Shown piece by piece: positions 34,911-45,304 of a stretch of 64,000 nt of DNA. Made by a program: the position numbers and the translations under genes. This stretch comes from Lysobacterales bacterium (GTDB lineage Bacteria > Pseudomonadota > Gammaproteobacteria > Xanthomonadales > Xanthomonadaceae), in assembly GCA_031364125.1 (NCBI GenBank), contig JANLVT010000045.1, positions 5,082-69,081 on the forward strand, written 5' to 3'. The notes below the pieces were generated by a model, which was not told the DNA's origin, made no database searches, and saw only the letters and a program-made list of their open reading frames with translations. Every line of letters begins with the position of its first letter. The stretch's first letter is position 1.

Positions 34911-36014
34911 TCAGCCGCGGCCGAGGAAGAATTCGAGGATGTGCAGATGATCCTCGTACAGCTGCGGGCCCATCTCCAGCGCTTCGCTCACCGGCACCCA
35001 GCGGGCCTTGTCGGCATCGTCGCCGCCGCGCACGTCGGGCAGCTCGCCGTTCGGGAACTCGAAGTGGAAGGCATGGTTGATGGTGCGGCCGCGCAGGCTG
35101 CGATCGGGATGATCGAAGACGTGCCGATGCTTCAGCGAACCCTTCAGCACCGGCGTCGGCAGCCTGAGCCGGGTTTCCTCGCGCAGCTCGCGCAGGCATG
35201 AGGCGAAGATGCTTTCGTCGCGGCCGACGAAGCCGCCCGGCAGCGCCCACAGGCCTTTGCCGGGTTCGGCGCGGCGGCGCACCAGCAGGACGTGGCCGGA
35301 ATGCACCACCACCGCGTCGGTGGTGACGAAGGTCGGCGGATACGGCGCGTCCGCCCAGGCGGCGCGGTATTTCTCGATGAAGTGATACTCGGCGACGAGT
35401 TGCTGGAATACCGGCGAGTTCTTGCGGAAGGCGTCGAGCATGTCGAACACCGGGCCGGGCACGTTGGCGCGGATCAGCATCAGCCCGCCGTGGCTGTCGA
35501 GCCGGTTGGCCTCGAACAGATAGCGGCGCAGTTCCGTGGCCGACAGGGTTTCGGTCTGGCGCACGTCGACCAGCGGCCACTGCGGGAATTCGCGCAGGTA
35601 ATAGCTGGACGCGTCCTTGTCCTGACCGATCAGGCCGATCTTCGCGTTGGGGTTGCCACCGTCTGCGTTGCCTTGATCAGCACGGATCGCTTCCGCCACG
35701 GTGCGCTGCACTGCCGCGATCCACTGGCTTTCGTTGTAGAGGTGATCGTGCAGCGGACGGATCAGCAGACGGTCGGCGTCGTCGGCGAGCGAACTCTGGA
35801 TCATCACCGCACGTTCGGCGACGGTCCATGGGTTCTTGATGGTGCGCGGCATGTCGGCGGAGCCGACCAGGACGATGAGTTTTCGCGCCCGGCTTAGCGC
35901 GTGGCGGGCGACGGCGGCATGGCCGTTGTGGAACGGCTCGAATCGGCCAATGAAAACGAGATAGTCGAAAAGATAGTCCGGCTCGACCGCCGGCAGTGAC
36001 GTCTGCTGTTCCAT
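34911..36014 (-). CDS. nadM: bifunctional nicotinamide-nucleotide adenylyltransferase / Nudix (ADP-ribose) pyrophosphatase NadM
   Basis: 367 aa. Nucleotidyltransferase motif IGRFEPFHNGH and Nudix box GGFVGRDESIFASCLRELREETRL. Co-directional with nadV. Confidence 0.88.
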   Translation of the reverse strand: MEQQTSLPAVEPDYLFDYLVFIGRFEPFHNGHAAVARHALSRARKLIVLVGSADMPRTIKNPWTVAERAVMIQSSLADDADRLLIRPLHDHLYNESQWIAAVQRTVAEAIRADQGNADGGNPNAKIGLIGQDKDASSYYLREFPQWPLVDVRQTETLSATELRRYLFEANRLDSHGGLMLIRANVPGPVFDMLDAFRKNSPVFQQLVAEYHFIEKYRAAWADAPYPPTFVTTDAVVVHSGHVLLVRRRAEPGKGLWALPGGFVGRDESIFASCLRELREETRLRLPTPVLKGSLKHRHVFDHPDRSLRGRTINHAFHFEFPNGELPDVRGGDDADKARWVPVSEALEMGPQLYEDHLHILEFFLGRG

Positions 36015-36099
36015 GAGGCTCCCTCACGGTGGGTTGGATTGGCCGCGGGTCTGTCCCTTGGCCTAACGAAAATGCTACGCCGACCGTTGGCCAAGTCAA

Positions 36100-36131
36100 G
36101 CGCCGCCGACGCGCATCCGCGTCGGCGGCGC
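36100..36131. terminator. GC-rich 14-bp perfect hairpin downstream of the S9 peptidase gene
   Basis: GCGCCGCCGACGCG-CATC-CGCGTCGGCGGCGC, 18 nt beyond the stop at 36149. No clean U-tract, so it may be a REP-like element rather than a terminator. Confidence 0.35.
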
Positions 36132-36148
36132 AGGCGCATTCGGCGGAC

Positions 36149-38617
36149 TTATTTCAGCGTGCGCTCGAACAGTTCGTAAATCCGCCGGTATTCGTCGTAC
36201 CACGCATCCGGATGGGTAAAGCTGTGGCGTTCCAGCGGGTAGCTCGCCAGTTCCCACTTGTCCTTGCGCAGCTCGATGAGTTTCTGCGCCAGCATCACCG
36301 AGTCCTTGTAGAACACGTTGTCGTCGATCATGCCGTGGCAGATCAGCAGGTGATCCTTCAGACCGGCGGCGAGTTCGATCGGCGACGAGCGTTTGTACGC
36401 CTCCGGATCGAGTTCGGGCGTGTTGAGGATGTTGCTGGTGTATTCGTGGTTGTACTGCGACCAGTCGGTGACCGGGCGCAATGCGGCGCCGGCCTTGAAC
36501 ACGCCCGGCTGCTTGAACAGCGCCATGAACGCCATGAAGCCGCCGTAGCTGCCGCCGTAGATGCCGACGCGGTCGCGGTCGCCCTGCCGCTCGGCGACCA
36601 GCCAGTCGATGCCGTCGAGATAATCCTGCAGTTCGGGTTCGCCCATGTGCCGGTAGATCGCGGTGCGCCAGTCGCGGCCGTAACCTTCCGATGCGCGGAA
36701 ATCCAGATCCAGCACGATGTAGCCCTGCTGCACCAGCAGATTGTGGAACATCTGTTCGCGGAAGTAATTCGGATATTTGTCGCTGATGTTCTGCAGATAG
36801 CCGGCGCCGTGGACGAACAGCACCACCGGGTAGCGCTTGCCGGCCTCGCGCATTTTCGGGCCGTAGTACTTGCCCCAGATCGTGCCCGCGCCGTGTTTCG
36901 AAGGCACTTGTACGTATTCCGGCTGCAGCCAGTCGTGGGCCTGGAATTCGGCGGTGCGAGTCTCGGTGAGTGTGCGCGCGTCGCCGCCATCGGCGTCCAC
37001 CACCGCAATCTGCGGCGGCAGGTAGCTGTCGGAATGACGCACCAGCAGTTTGCCGCCGTCGGGCGAAGCGACGAAGTCCTCCACGCCGTCCAGCGCGGTG
37101 AGTTCGCGCACCGCGCCACCGGCCACCGGCACGTCGCAGACTTCGTAATCGCCGGGCCATGCGCGATTGCACACGAACCGGAAGCGCTTGCCGTCGGCCG
37201 ACAGCGCCGGCGACGACGCTTCCCAGCGGCCCGACGTCAGCGCGCGCGGCTTGCCGCCGTCGTTGAGATAGAGGTGCGAATAGCCGCTTTCCTCCGATAG
37301 ATACCACAGCGTTCTGCCGTCGGGCAGCCAGCCGAATTCGTTGTAGTTCCAGTTGATCCATGCGGCATCGGTGAGCCGGTGGCGCGACTGCAGCTTCGCG
37401 CCCGCAAGGTCGACCGTGGCGATCCAGCGATCCTTGTTGTCCACCGCGCGGACCAGCACCGCCACGTTGCGGCCGTCGTCGCTCCAGTGGATCGCCGGGC
37501 CGGTGCCGTCGCCGTCGGTTTCGATCCGCACCGGGCGATTGCCTTTCAGCGGATCCTGTTTCGCCGCCTTGCGCAGCGCCGCCAGCGGATCGTCGCCGAT
37601 GCCCGGCAGCGCGTCGTATTTCAGCTCGCTGGCTTTCGCATTGGCGATGTCGACCAGCCACAGCGCGTGCGGCACGGGTGCGCCGCGACCGACGCGGGTG
37701 CGCACTTCCTCGAATTCCTCGTAGCCCGATTCGGTGACGTACTTGGGCATCTTGCCGCTCTGGCCGGGCTCCGCGCCTTTCGCGGTGACGACCACCAGCA
37801 GCCAGCGGCCGTCGGGCGACAGCGCGCTGTCGGCGATCTCGACGTTCTTGCCCAGATACGCCGGCGCGGGCGCGCGGGTGGCGTCGGCCAGACGCCACGC
37901 TTGTTCCTGCACGCGCGCGGCTTCGCGGCGGTCGCGGTCGTTCTTCAGGGTGTCGATCAGGCGCAGCTGGCGATCGCGCAGATCGTCGGCGACCGGCGCC
38001 TTGCCCGGATCGTCGGCGGCCTGCACGTTCGCGGCCTGCACGACGCCGTTGCCCGTGGTCCAGCGATACCAGTCGTTGCCGGCGCGCCACACCAGCGCGC
38101 CGTCGCGGCTCCACTGCGGGCGCGCGTCCTGCACTTCGGTGCGCGTGAGCTGGGTCAGGGCGCCGTTGCGCAGATCGCGGACGAAGATGTCGCCGCTGCG
38201 CGCAAACGCCATACGCGTGCGCGTGGCGTCGAGCACCGGGCGCGCGGCATCCAGCCCGGCGCGGGCGGCATCGTCCACGCGCCGGGGCGCACCGCCGGCG
38301 ACGGGCACCTGCCACAGGTCGCGAATCGTCGCGCCGTCGCGCTTGCGCTGATACAGCGCCTGGCTGCCGTCCCACGACCACCACGCCTGTTCAATACCAT
38401 TACCGATCCAGTCGGGGTCGGCCATGATCCGGTCCATCGTCAGCGCCTGCGCTGGCTGCGCGGCGGCAGGCAGCGCGGTGGCGACGAGTGCGGCGGTGGA
38501 CAGCATGCACGCGGACAGCATGCACTTGGACAGCATGCAAGCGGCCAGCATGCGTCCGGAAGGCATGTCGGCGGCGAGGACGGAAGGACGGAGCGGAACG
38601 CGGGAACGGAAGGTCAT
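36149..38617 (-). CDS. S9 family peptidase (DPP-IV-like N-terminal propeller plus prolyl-oligopeptidase catalytic domain), secreted
   Basis: About 822 aa. Nucleophile elbow GIYGGSYGGFMAFMA, catalytic ..CHGMIDDNV.. and ..ERHSF... N-terminal signal region with repeated CMLS units. Start uncertain (38617, 38719 or downstream ATGs). Confidence 0.85.
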   Translation of the reverse strand: MTFRSRVPLRPSVLAADMPSGRMLAACMLSKCMLSACMLSTAALVATALPAAAQPAQALTMDRIMADPDWIGNGIEQAWWSWDGSQALYQRKRDGATIRDLWQVPVAGGAPRRVDDAARAGLDAARPVLDATRTRMAFARSGDIFVRDLRNGALTQLTRTEVQDARPQWSRDGALVWRAGNDWYRWTTGNGVVQAANVQAADDPGKAPVADDLRDRQLRLIDTLKNDRDRREAARVQEQAWRLADATRAPAPAYLGKNVEIADSALSPDGRWLLVVVTAKGAEPGQSGKMPKYVTESGYEEFEEVRTRVGRGAPVPHALWLVDIANAKASELKYDALPGIGDDPLAALRKAAKQDPLKGNRPVRIETDGDGTGPAIHWSDDGRNVAVLVRAVDNKDRWIATVDLAGAKLQSRHRLTDAAWINWNYNEFGWLPDGRTLWYLSEESGYSHLYLNDGGKPRALTSGRWEASSPALSADGKRFRFVCNRAWPGDYEVCDVPVAGGAVRELTALDGVEDFVASPDGGKLLVRHSDSYLPPQIAVVDADGGDARTLTETRTAEFQAHDWLQPEYVQVPSKHGAGTIWGKYYGPKMREAGKRYPVVLFVHGAGYLQNISDKYPNYFREQMFHNLLVQQGYIVLDLDFRASEGYGRDWRTAIYRHMGEPELQDYLDGIDWLVAERQGDRDRVGIYGGSYGGFMAFMALFKQPGVFKAGAALRPVTDWSQYNHEYTSNILNTPELDPEAYKRSSPIELAAGLKDHLLICHGMIDDNVFYKDSVMLAQKLIELRKDKWELASYPLERHSFTHPDAWYDEYRRIYELFERTLK
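38498..38572. repeat. 15-nt in-frame tandem repeat (4-5 units) in the signal-peptide region of the S9 peptidase
   Basis: GGACAGCATGCACGC / GGACAGCATGCACTT / GGACAGCATGCAAGC / GGCCAGCATGCGTCC / GGAAGGCATGTCGGC. These encode the repeated CMLS units (..RMLAACMLSKCMLSACMLS..) on the minus strand. Each unit contains an in-frame ATG. Confidence 0.85.
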
Positions 38618-38736
38618 GGCGGTCGTCGCTGAACGGAGTCGGCGAAGCTTACTGCCTGCCCGCACGGGTCGCAGCGGGCCGATGGTCACGGGAATTCGCC
38701 GCATGTCGTGGGCGCGCACCGCCGCTGCGGCGGGCC

Positions 38737-39129
38737 TGGGACGGCAACGAAACCTGGCTGGTGCTGGGCGGCGCCGGGCTGCTGGCGGCGTTTCCGAAGG
38801 TGTACGCGCTGGTGCTGTCGCCGGTGCCGCTGCTGGTGCTGCTGGCGACGTGGCTGCTGTGGCGTGCGATCCCGCGCGACGGCCAGGACGCGCGCACGTT
38901 CGTGCTGAGCCTGTCGCTGTTCCTGCTCGGCTTCGCCGGGCTGCTGCTGGGCATGTGGCCGTACATCGTGCCGCCGTCGCCGACCATCTGGCAGGCCGCC
39001 GCGCCGCCGGCCACGCAGGGCTTCGCGCTGGCCGGGCTGGTGGTGCTGCTGCCGGCGATCCTTGGCTACACGTGGTGGTCGTATTCGGTGTTCAAGGGGA
39101 AGGTCGCGACGGATGCTGGGTATCGCTGA
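38737..39129 (+). pseudogene. cydB: relic of cytochrome bd-type quinol oxidase subunit II (cydB/cioB)
   Basis: WDGNETWLVLGGAGLLAAFPKVYALVL.. matches the conserved WDGN(E/Q)VWL block found near residue 60 of CydB. It runs directly into the C-terminal block ..GMWPYIVPPSPTIWQAAAPPATQ....LLPAILGYTWWSYSVFKGKV..GY. The N-terminal ~55 aa and ~180 central residues are missing, and there is no cydA upstream. Confidence 0.5.
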
Positions 39130-39492
39130 GTCGGATCGAAACCTTCCCCGGCCCGAGGATTTGATTCGTCGGACATGCTTCGGCGCCGATCCTCGGGCCT
39201 GAAGGAATTCCTGCGCGTGAGGCCATCGGGCCTGAAGGCCCGCATACAGGTGAATCGGGCCGTATGTCACCCTAGCCGCAAACCGTGCTTTGGCGCACAA
39301 TTCGCCGGGATTCCCCACGATATCCGGCAGTTGGGCGATACTTGGATGCATACGCCACAAGTCAAGCGCGCAAGCATTTGATTTGACAGGGGCGGGCTTC
39401 GGAAGAAGCCCGTGGCGCCGAGTTCCCCGCGTCCGCCCTTCGGCGGACGTGCCGGTCCGTCCATCCTGTATCCGAGGCACCCCGTTCCGGCC

Positions 39493-39762
39493 ATGCAAGC
39501 GTACGTCTACAAGAGCCAACGGAAGGCCGACACCTATCTCTATCTGGCCGCGCGCGACGATTTCGCGTGCCTGCCGGAACCCGTCCGCGCCCAGCTCGGG
39601 CCGCTGCAGTTCGTCCTCGAAGTCGCACTGACCCCGGAGCGCAAGTTGGCCCGGGTCGATCCTGCCGTGGTCCGCATCAATCTGGCCGCGCAGGGCTTCC
39701 ACCTGCAGTTTCCGCCGACCATGCTTGATCCGATGACCGAGGATTGGGGCACGGATGCCTGA
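39493..39762 (+). CDS. ycgL: YcgL-domain protein
   Basis: About 89 aa. [36 protein letters not shown] is the typical YcgL N-terminal pattern (..vYkS.rk...YLyv...d.f..vPe.L...fG). Confidence 0.8.
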   Translation: MQAYVYKSQRKADTYLYLAARDDFACLPEPVRAQLGPLQFVLEVALTPERKLARVDPAVVRINLAAQGFHLQFPPTMLDPMTEDWGTDA

Positions 39763-42700
39763 GAACGACGTCCTCAACACCGCGCCGCGCCGCCTGGCCT
39801 TCGGCCCGGTGCCGCTGCTTGCCGGGCTGGCGCTGACCGCGCTGGCGGGCGTGGGCGGCGCGATCGTCGGCGGCCCGGCCGGCGCCGCGCTGGCGGCCAT
39901 CGCCGGTCTGCTCGCCCAGCCGGCATTCGCGCTGGCCACCCTCGGCGGCAAGTTCGTTCCCCGCGACGCTGCCCGCGATGCGCGGCCGATCCTGGCGCTG
40001 TGGGCGCTGGCGATGCTGCCGTTCGCGGTGCTGGTCTCCTGGCCGTTCTCGGCCCTGATCCAGGGGCGCTCGCTCGGCGCCGCGGTGACGGTCAGCGCGG
40101 TCTTCGGCGGCGCCCTGATCGGGCTGTGGCGCACCTGGCCGCTGTGGCGCTGGCTGGAGGGCGAAGGCGGGGCGCTGCGCGACCACTGGCGCGCACTGGT
40201 CGATACCGACACCCGCGACTGGCGCGGCCTGGGCGCCGCGCTGCTGCTGGCGCTGCCGCTGATCGGCACGCTGCTGCTGGCGTGGCCCGACCTGATGTCG
40301 TCCACCACGCGCTGGCTGCTGACCGCCGCCTGCGCACTGGCCTGGCCGCTGGCGCATCGCACGCTGCTACGGATGCCGGCGCCGTCCGCGCTCAGCGCCG
40401 ACGCGCTGCTGCAGGAAGCCCTTGCCGGGGAAGACGCCGATGCGGCCGTCGACGACGGCATGGCGCTCAGCGGCCTGGATCTCGACGCCGCGTTGTATGC
40501 CGCCGCCCGCCAGGGCCGGGTGGAGCGCGCGCTGACGCTGCTGGAATCCGGCGCCGACCCGCACGCGCCGCCGCCGGCCGATGCCCGCGACCAGCGCAGC
40601 CTGACGATGCTGGCGGCGGTGCTGCCGGACCTGCGCCTTTTGAGAAGTCTCATCGGCCACGGCATCGACCTCAACGCGACCCACGCCGGCATGACCGCGC
40701 TCACCGCCGCCACCCGCGACAGCTGGCACGGCCGTCCCGAAGCGGTGATGACCCTGCTGACCAACGGTGCCGACCCGCGCATCGCCGACAGCGAGGGCAA
40801 CACGCCGCTGCATCACGCCGCGCGCAGCTCCGATCCCGGCGTGGCCGCGTTGCTGCGCGATGCCGGCGCCGACATCGACCCGCTCAACCGCGACCGCGCC
40901 AGCCCGCTGGCACTGGCCTGCACCGCCGGCAACTGGCGGCTCGCGCGCTTCCTGCTGGAACGCGGCGCCAAGCCCGACCTGCCCGGCGCGGTGCCGGCGC
41001 TGCATGCGGCGGCCGGCGGCGACGAGGACGACCCGGCCGGCGTGCAACTGCTGCTGAAACATCGCGCCAAGGCCGACGCCCGCGACCCGCGCGGCCGCAG
41101 CGCGCTGCACGAAGCCGGCTACGCCGGGCATCCGGAGATCATCGGCATCCTGCTGGGCGCGGGTGCAGACATCCATGCCCGCGACGTCGACCGGCGCACG
41201 CCGTTCCTGGAAGCCGCGCGCGGCGGCCGCCTGCCGGCGCTGCAGGCGCTGATCGACGCGCGTCCCGACGCGCACGCGGTCGATGCCGGCGGCCGTCACG
41301 CCCTGATTCTGGCGTGCATGGCCGACGCCCCGTCGCCGGCACTGATCCGCGCCCTGCTTGACCTGCGCCTCGACCCGCAGCACGCCGACAACGACGGCAA
41401 GCGCGCGATCGACCACGCCGCCGCGGCCGGGCGCTGGGCGCTGGTCTCGGCGATCGATCCGGAATATCAATTGCCGGCCAGCGTCGGCGCCGATGCCGAT
41501 GCGCCGTTGCCGGATCGCGCGCCCATCGCCCTGCTGCGCGATGCGCTGTACGACGGCCAGACCGACCAGTTGCCGCGCCTGCTTCCGCTGGTCTCCGCAC
41601 AGGATCTCGGCGCACTGCTGCGCGACGGCGCGTCGCCGGCCGGGCCGGCGCAGATCGACTGGCTGCTGCGTCACGGCGCGAATCCCGAGGTGCGCGACGA
41701 TGCCGGCGACACGCCGCTGTTCGCGTGGCTGGCGCAGGCGCCTGCTGCCGCGACTTCGATCCATGCCCTGCTGCGTCACGGGGTTTCGCCGGCCGGCGCA
41801 GGCGGCGTGGCGCGCTTTCTCGCCGCCTGCGTGGCCGCCGATCGCGCCGATCGCGGGCTGGAGAAGCTCGCGCTGGATCTGCTGGAACGCGGCGCCGATC
41901 CGTTCGCAAGCGTATCGGGCGATCCGCCGCTGACCCTCGCGGTGCGCCTGGGCTGGACCCAGGTCATCGCGCGTCTGGTCGGCATCGGCGTGGCGCTGGA
42001 CGCGCGCGACCAGCACGGCATGACCGCGCTGCATCTCGCCGCCGCGCTGCGCCGCGAGCCCATCCTCAAACAGCTGATCCTGCACGGCGCCTCGCCCGAC
42101 GTGCGCGCCGCCGACGGCCAGACCCCGCTGGGCGTGGCGCTGTCCAGCGGCCGCCGCGATCTGGCCGACTGGCTGGACTGGCGCATCTGGCCGCTGCCGG
42201 GCCGCGCTCTGCGGCCCACCGATCTGCCGTCCGCCGCGGTGGTCGGCGACGCCGACGCCGTGCGCCGCCTGCTCGATCTGGGCATGCCGATCGACAGCAC
42301 CGACGCGCAGGGCTGCACCGCGCTGCTGCGCGCTTCTGGCGGGGGGCATCGCGCGGTCATCGAACTGCTGCTGACGCGCGGCGCCGATTCGAAACTCGCC
42401 GCGCGTACCGGCGCCACGCCGCTGTCGGCGGCGGTCAGCATGCGTCAGGTCGAGATCGTCGACCGCCTGCTTGCTGCTGGCGCCACGTTGGAGCAACGCT
42501 TGCCCGGCGATGTCACCGTGCTGATGCTCGCCGCCGCGCTGGGCATGCCCGATGCCTGCACGCGACTGCTCGCTGCCGGCGCCAACATCAACGCCGCCGA
42601 TGCCCAGGGCCTTACCCCGCTGCACTGCGCGGCGCTGTATGGGTTCACCACCAGCGACCGTCGTCGTCTGGTCGCGCTGCTCGATGCGCTGCTGCTGGCC

Positions 42701-43078
42701 GGCGCCGACCCGGACACCCGGGCCGCGGGTGGCGTCACGCCATTGCTTCTGCTGCTGGGCGCGCGCGCCGAGCCCGGTACGGCCTGCGAGGAAGACGTGG
42801 TGTTGGCGGGTGTTGCGCGCTTGCTCGACGAGGGCGCCAGCCTGCAGGTGCGCGACCCGCGCGGTTTCGGGCCGCTGCATCTGGCGGCGCTGCACGGTCT
42901 GCTGCGGGTGACGCAGCAGTTGTTGCACGATGGTGCCGATCCCGAAAGCCGCGATGCGCTGAATCGGACGCCGCGGGAGATCGCGGTGATGCGCGGTTTC
43001 GTGGATGTGGCTGCGGAGTTCGGGCCGCAGTCGGGGGCCGTTTCGATGGCGCGGTTCCTGAAGAATCGCGAGGGTTGA
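39755..43078 (+). CDS. large ankyrin-repeat protein with N-terminal multi-TM domain
   Basis: 1107 aa. The first ~200 aa contain about 6 hydrophobic helices. More than 20 ankyrin-like repeats follow (e.g. [68 protein letters not shown]). The start overlaps the ycgL stop by 8 nt. Confidence 0.8.
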   Translation: MPENDVLNTAPRRLAFGPVPLLAGLALTALAGVGGAIVGGPAGAALAAIAGLLAQPAFALATLGGKFVPRDAARDARPILALWALAMLPFAVLVSWPFSALIQGRSLGAAVTVSAVFGGALIGLWRTWPLWRWLEGEGGALRDHWRALVDTDTRDWRGLGAALLLALPLIGTLLLAWPDLMSSTTRWLLTAACALAWPLAHRTLLRMPAPSALSADALLQEALAGEDADAAVDDGMALSGLDLDAALYAAARQGRVERALTLLESGADPHAPPPADARDQRSLTMLAAVLPDLRLLRSLIGHGIDLNATHAGMTALTAATRDSWHGRPEAVMTLLTNGADPRIADSEGNTPLHHAARSSDPGVAALLRDAGADIDPLNRDRASPLALACTAGNWRLARFLLERGAKPDLPGAVPALHAAAGGDEDDPAGVQLLLKHRAKADARDPRGRSALHEAGYAGHPEIIGILLGAGADIHARDVDRRTPFLEAARGGRLPALQALIDARPDAHAVDAGGRHALILACMADAPSPALIRALLDLRLDPQHADNDGKRAIDHAAAAGRWALVSAIDPEYQLPASVGADADAPLPDRAPIALLRDALYDGQTDQLPRLLPLVSAQDLGALLRDGASPAGPAQIDWLLRHGANPEVRDDAGDTPLFAWLAQAPAAATSIHALLRHGVSPAGAGGVARFLAACVAADRADRGLEKLALDLLERGADPFASVSGDPPLTLAVRLGWTQVIARLVGIGVALDARDQHGMTALHLAAALRREPILKQLILHGASPDVRAADGQTPLGVALSSGRRDLADWLDWRIWPLPGRALRPTDLPSAAVVGDADAVRRLLDLGMPIDSTDAQGCTALLRASGGGHRAVIELLLTRGADSKLAARTGATPLSAAVSMRQVEIVDRLLAAGATLEQRLPGDVTVLMLAAALGMPDACTRLLAAGANINAADAQGLTPLHCAALYGFTTSDRRRLVALLDALLLAGADPDTRAAGGVTPLLLLLGARAEPGTACEEDVVLAGVARLLDEGASLQVRDPRGFGPLHLAALHGLLRVTQQLLHDGADPESRDALNRTPREIAVMRGFVDVAAEFGPQSGAVSMARFLKNREG

Positions 43079-43149
43079 TGTTTCCTCGGCGTCCTTGATG
43101 CACTGTCATCCCGGCGAAGGCCTGGATCCAGCTTTTCGCTGTGCTTTGA

Positions 43150-44022
43150 TCAAATTGCGTTGAGCGCAGCGATAAGCATTTGAAGCAACTGCAGAGCTTC
43201 CGCGCTAACGCGCGGGTCACTTTCTTTGTCGCACTGCGCCGCCTGCGGCGCGAACGGCGAAGCCGGCCCGAAGGGCGAGCGCCATAGGCGCGAGTCAAGA
43301 AAGTAACCAAAGAAAACTCTCAGTACCTAGGCAAATCTGCCGTCGGAAAGTTGGCCGGGATTTTTCGATGCGGCATCCTGCCGCGTCGAAAAACGGCGCA
43401 CATCCTGTGCGCCGCCCTCCGGGTCTACGATTGCCGAGTGTTCGCCGTCACTTTGCGATACGGCGAAACGAATGCAGGTGCCGACGCCGTATCAGCCGCG
43501 CCGTTCAGTTTAGTAGGATGGGTTGAGCGTAGCGATACCCATCAAAGGAGCAACTGCAGAGCTTCCGCGCTGGCGCGCGGGTCACTTTCTTTGTCGCAAA
43601 GAAAGTAACCAAAGAAAACTCTTTAGTGCCGAGGCAAATCTGCCGTCGGAAAGTTGGCCGGGATTTTTCGATGCGGCATCCTGCCGCGTCGAAAAACGGC
43701 GTACCTCCTGTGCGCCGCCCTCCGGGTCTACGATTGCCGGGTTCTCGCCGTCACTTTGCACTGCGGCGAAACAAATGCATGTGCCGACGCCGTATCAGTT
43801 TAGTAGGATGGGTTGAGCGTAGCGATAACCATCAAAGAAGCAACTGCAGAGCTTCCGCGCTGACGCGCGGGTCACTTTCTTTGTCGCAAAGAAAGTAACC
43901 AAAGAAAACTCTTTGGTGCCGAGGCAAATCTGCCGCCGGTGAGTTGGCCGGGATTTTTCGATGCGGCATCCTGCCGCGTCGAAAAACGGCGCACATCGTG
44001 TGCGCCGCCCTCCGGGTCTACG
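43150..44022 (+). repeat. tandem array of family-2 repeat (3 units; periods about 365 and 290 bp)
   Basis: The anchor GCAACTGCAGAGCTTC recurs at 43185, 43550 and 43840. Units share the AAAGAAAGTAACCAAAGAAAACTCT hairpin block and the CGGCGCACAT..GTGTGCGCCG hairpin. The first unit carries a ~75-bp extra segment that is also present at 10560-10630. Confidence 0.85.
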
Positions 44023-44131
44023 ATTACGGGATGGTTCGCCGCCCCGGGCGGTCATTGGAAAAATTAAATCCCGATCGTAATGTTCATTTAAGATCAAAAA
44101 CATGCGAGCGTCCTGCATCTTGTCTAATAGG

Positions 44132-45304
44132 TTAGAGAGGTAGCAAGTCGCGAATATGTGGGATGGCTCGACCTTCTCGTCGATCGCGTTCGTCCCACGC
44201 TCGCTTGTGAGATTGAAACGTATTCCACTCGACTGAACGGAGGCGTGCAGCGCGAGCATTGTCAACATCACGGTGGCCGAACTCATTGATTGCAAATGCG
44301 CCGCCGTCTTTGTAACCCACAACGGTTGAAGTAGAGAAATTCATGCGTCGCGGATCTGGCATTATCGTGTACGGGCCAACTAGCTTTGGCCACGGCGCTG
44401 ATCCAACCTGTTTCTCCGGGTAAAGATCATTCTCGCAGCCTGAAGCAACATATCGCTTGGCGTGCTTCTTAAGAATGTAATTTAGGGAAATAACATCGCG
44501 TTCTTTAAGTTGTCGCCAAGTCTGAATAGTACGTAGATCGAAAATAGCCGGCTGGAAGTACCTTGGATTTTCGCGAATGCGTAGCGGGTTAACTTTTGGA
44601 TTTCGAACAAACTGAAGGTTGGTTATGACTAAACACAGGTCAAGCCCGAGCGGAAAAATTGTTTGTGTGCCAATTCTTTCCGGCTGGGCCATCCAGCCGC
44701 TAGCCTCCTTCGAGCCAGGATACACACACGGGTTGTAAGTAACCACTGGGCAGTCTGTGACGATGAACTTGGTGTCACTTTCATCGCATCGCATTACCTC
44801 CCAAACGGCATCCGTCCAGATGGTAGCGTACAGCTGGGAAAGTGAATGAAGTTGATTTAAAACTGCTTGGTGTGATGAAGCATCTGTCAGTCGATGCAGA
44901 TATGCCAATCCCTTGGGAGTCCGGAGCAACTGGGCGCATAGATAGTCCAGCAGAGCTTCAAAGGCTTCGTGAGCACCATCCTTCCATCTGTAGTCTTGGA
45001 AGAAATCAACTGCTGAGCATCCCTTTGCGTCGATAGTCCCAAAAAATCTTCGTTCGAGGGCGTCGCTTAGCTGACCATTAAATAAGGTCGTATATAGATG
45101 TTCTTGTTTGAAACAGTTTATAGGGCCGAGCCGACGAAGAGCCTGCCTCCGTAGGCCGGGCTGATTGGGAACTGGGATCGGCTCAGGATTGAGATCTAGA
45201 TAGAAAAGTCGATCACCACCTCGCTTCGGCGTCAGAAAGCGGCGCTGATACCACTGCGGGACATAGTGGTTTCGAACGGTGATGGGCGTAGTCGCAGATG
45301 GCAT
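44132..45304 (-). CDS. DUF4238-family protein on a low-GC island
   Basis: 390 aa. The N-terminal HYVPQWYQRRF matches the DUF4238 signature (HY.Pq.YLr.F). Codon usage and GC are clearly atypical for the window, with AT-rich third positions. Confidence 0.75.
   Translation of the reverse strand: MPSATTPITVRNHYVPQWYQRRFLTPKRGGDRLFYLDLNPEPIPVPNQPGLRRQALRRLGPINCFKQEHLYTTLFNGQLSDALERRFFGTIDAKGCSAVDFFQDYRWKDGAHEAFEALLDYLCAQLLRTPKGLAYLHRLTDASSHQAVLNQLHSLSQLYATIWTDAVWEVMRCDESDTKFIVTDCPVVTYNPCVYPGSKEASGWMAQPERIGTQTIFPLGLDLCLVITNLQFVRNPKVNPLRIRENPRYFQPAIFDLRTIQTWRQLKERDVISLNYILKKHAKRYVASGCENDLYPEKQVGSAPWPKLVGPYTIMPDPRRMNFSTSTVVGYKDGGAFAINEFGHRDVDNARAARLRSVEWNTFQSHKRAWDERDRREGRAIPHIRDLLPL

Noticed and set aside
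33411-36014. nadV-nadM considered as part of the thiopeptide cluster.
   Set aside because: These are a standard NAD salvage pair with their own RBS signals. They are separated from the precursor gene by a ~240-bp promoter-type spacer, and no known thiopeptide chemistry requires them.
43150-44022. The tandem repeat array considered as a CRISPR array.
   Set aside because: The units are about 290-365 bp and directly abutting, with no short repeat/unique spacer alternation and no cas genes. This is not CRISPR.
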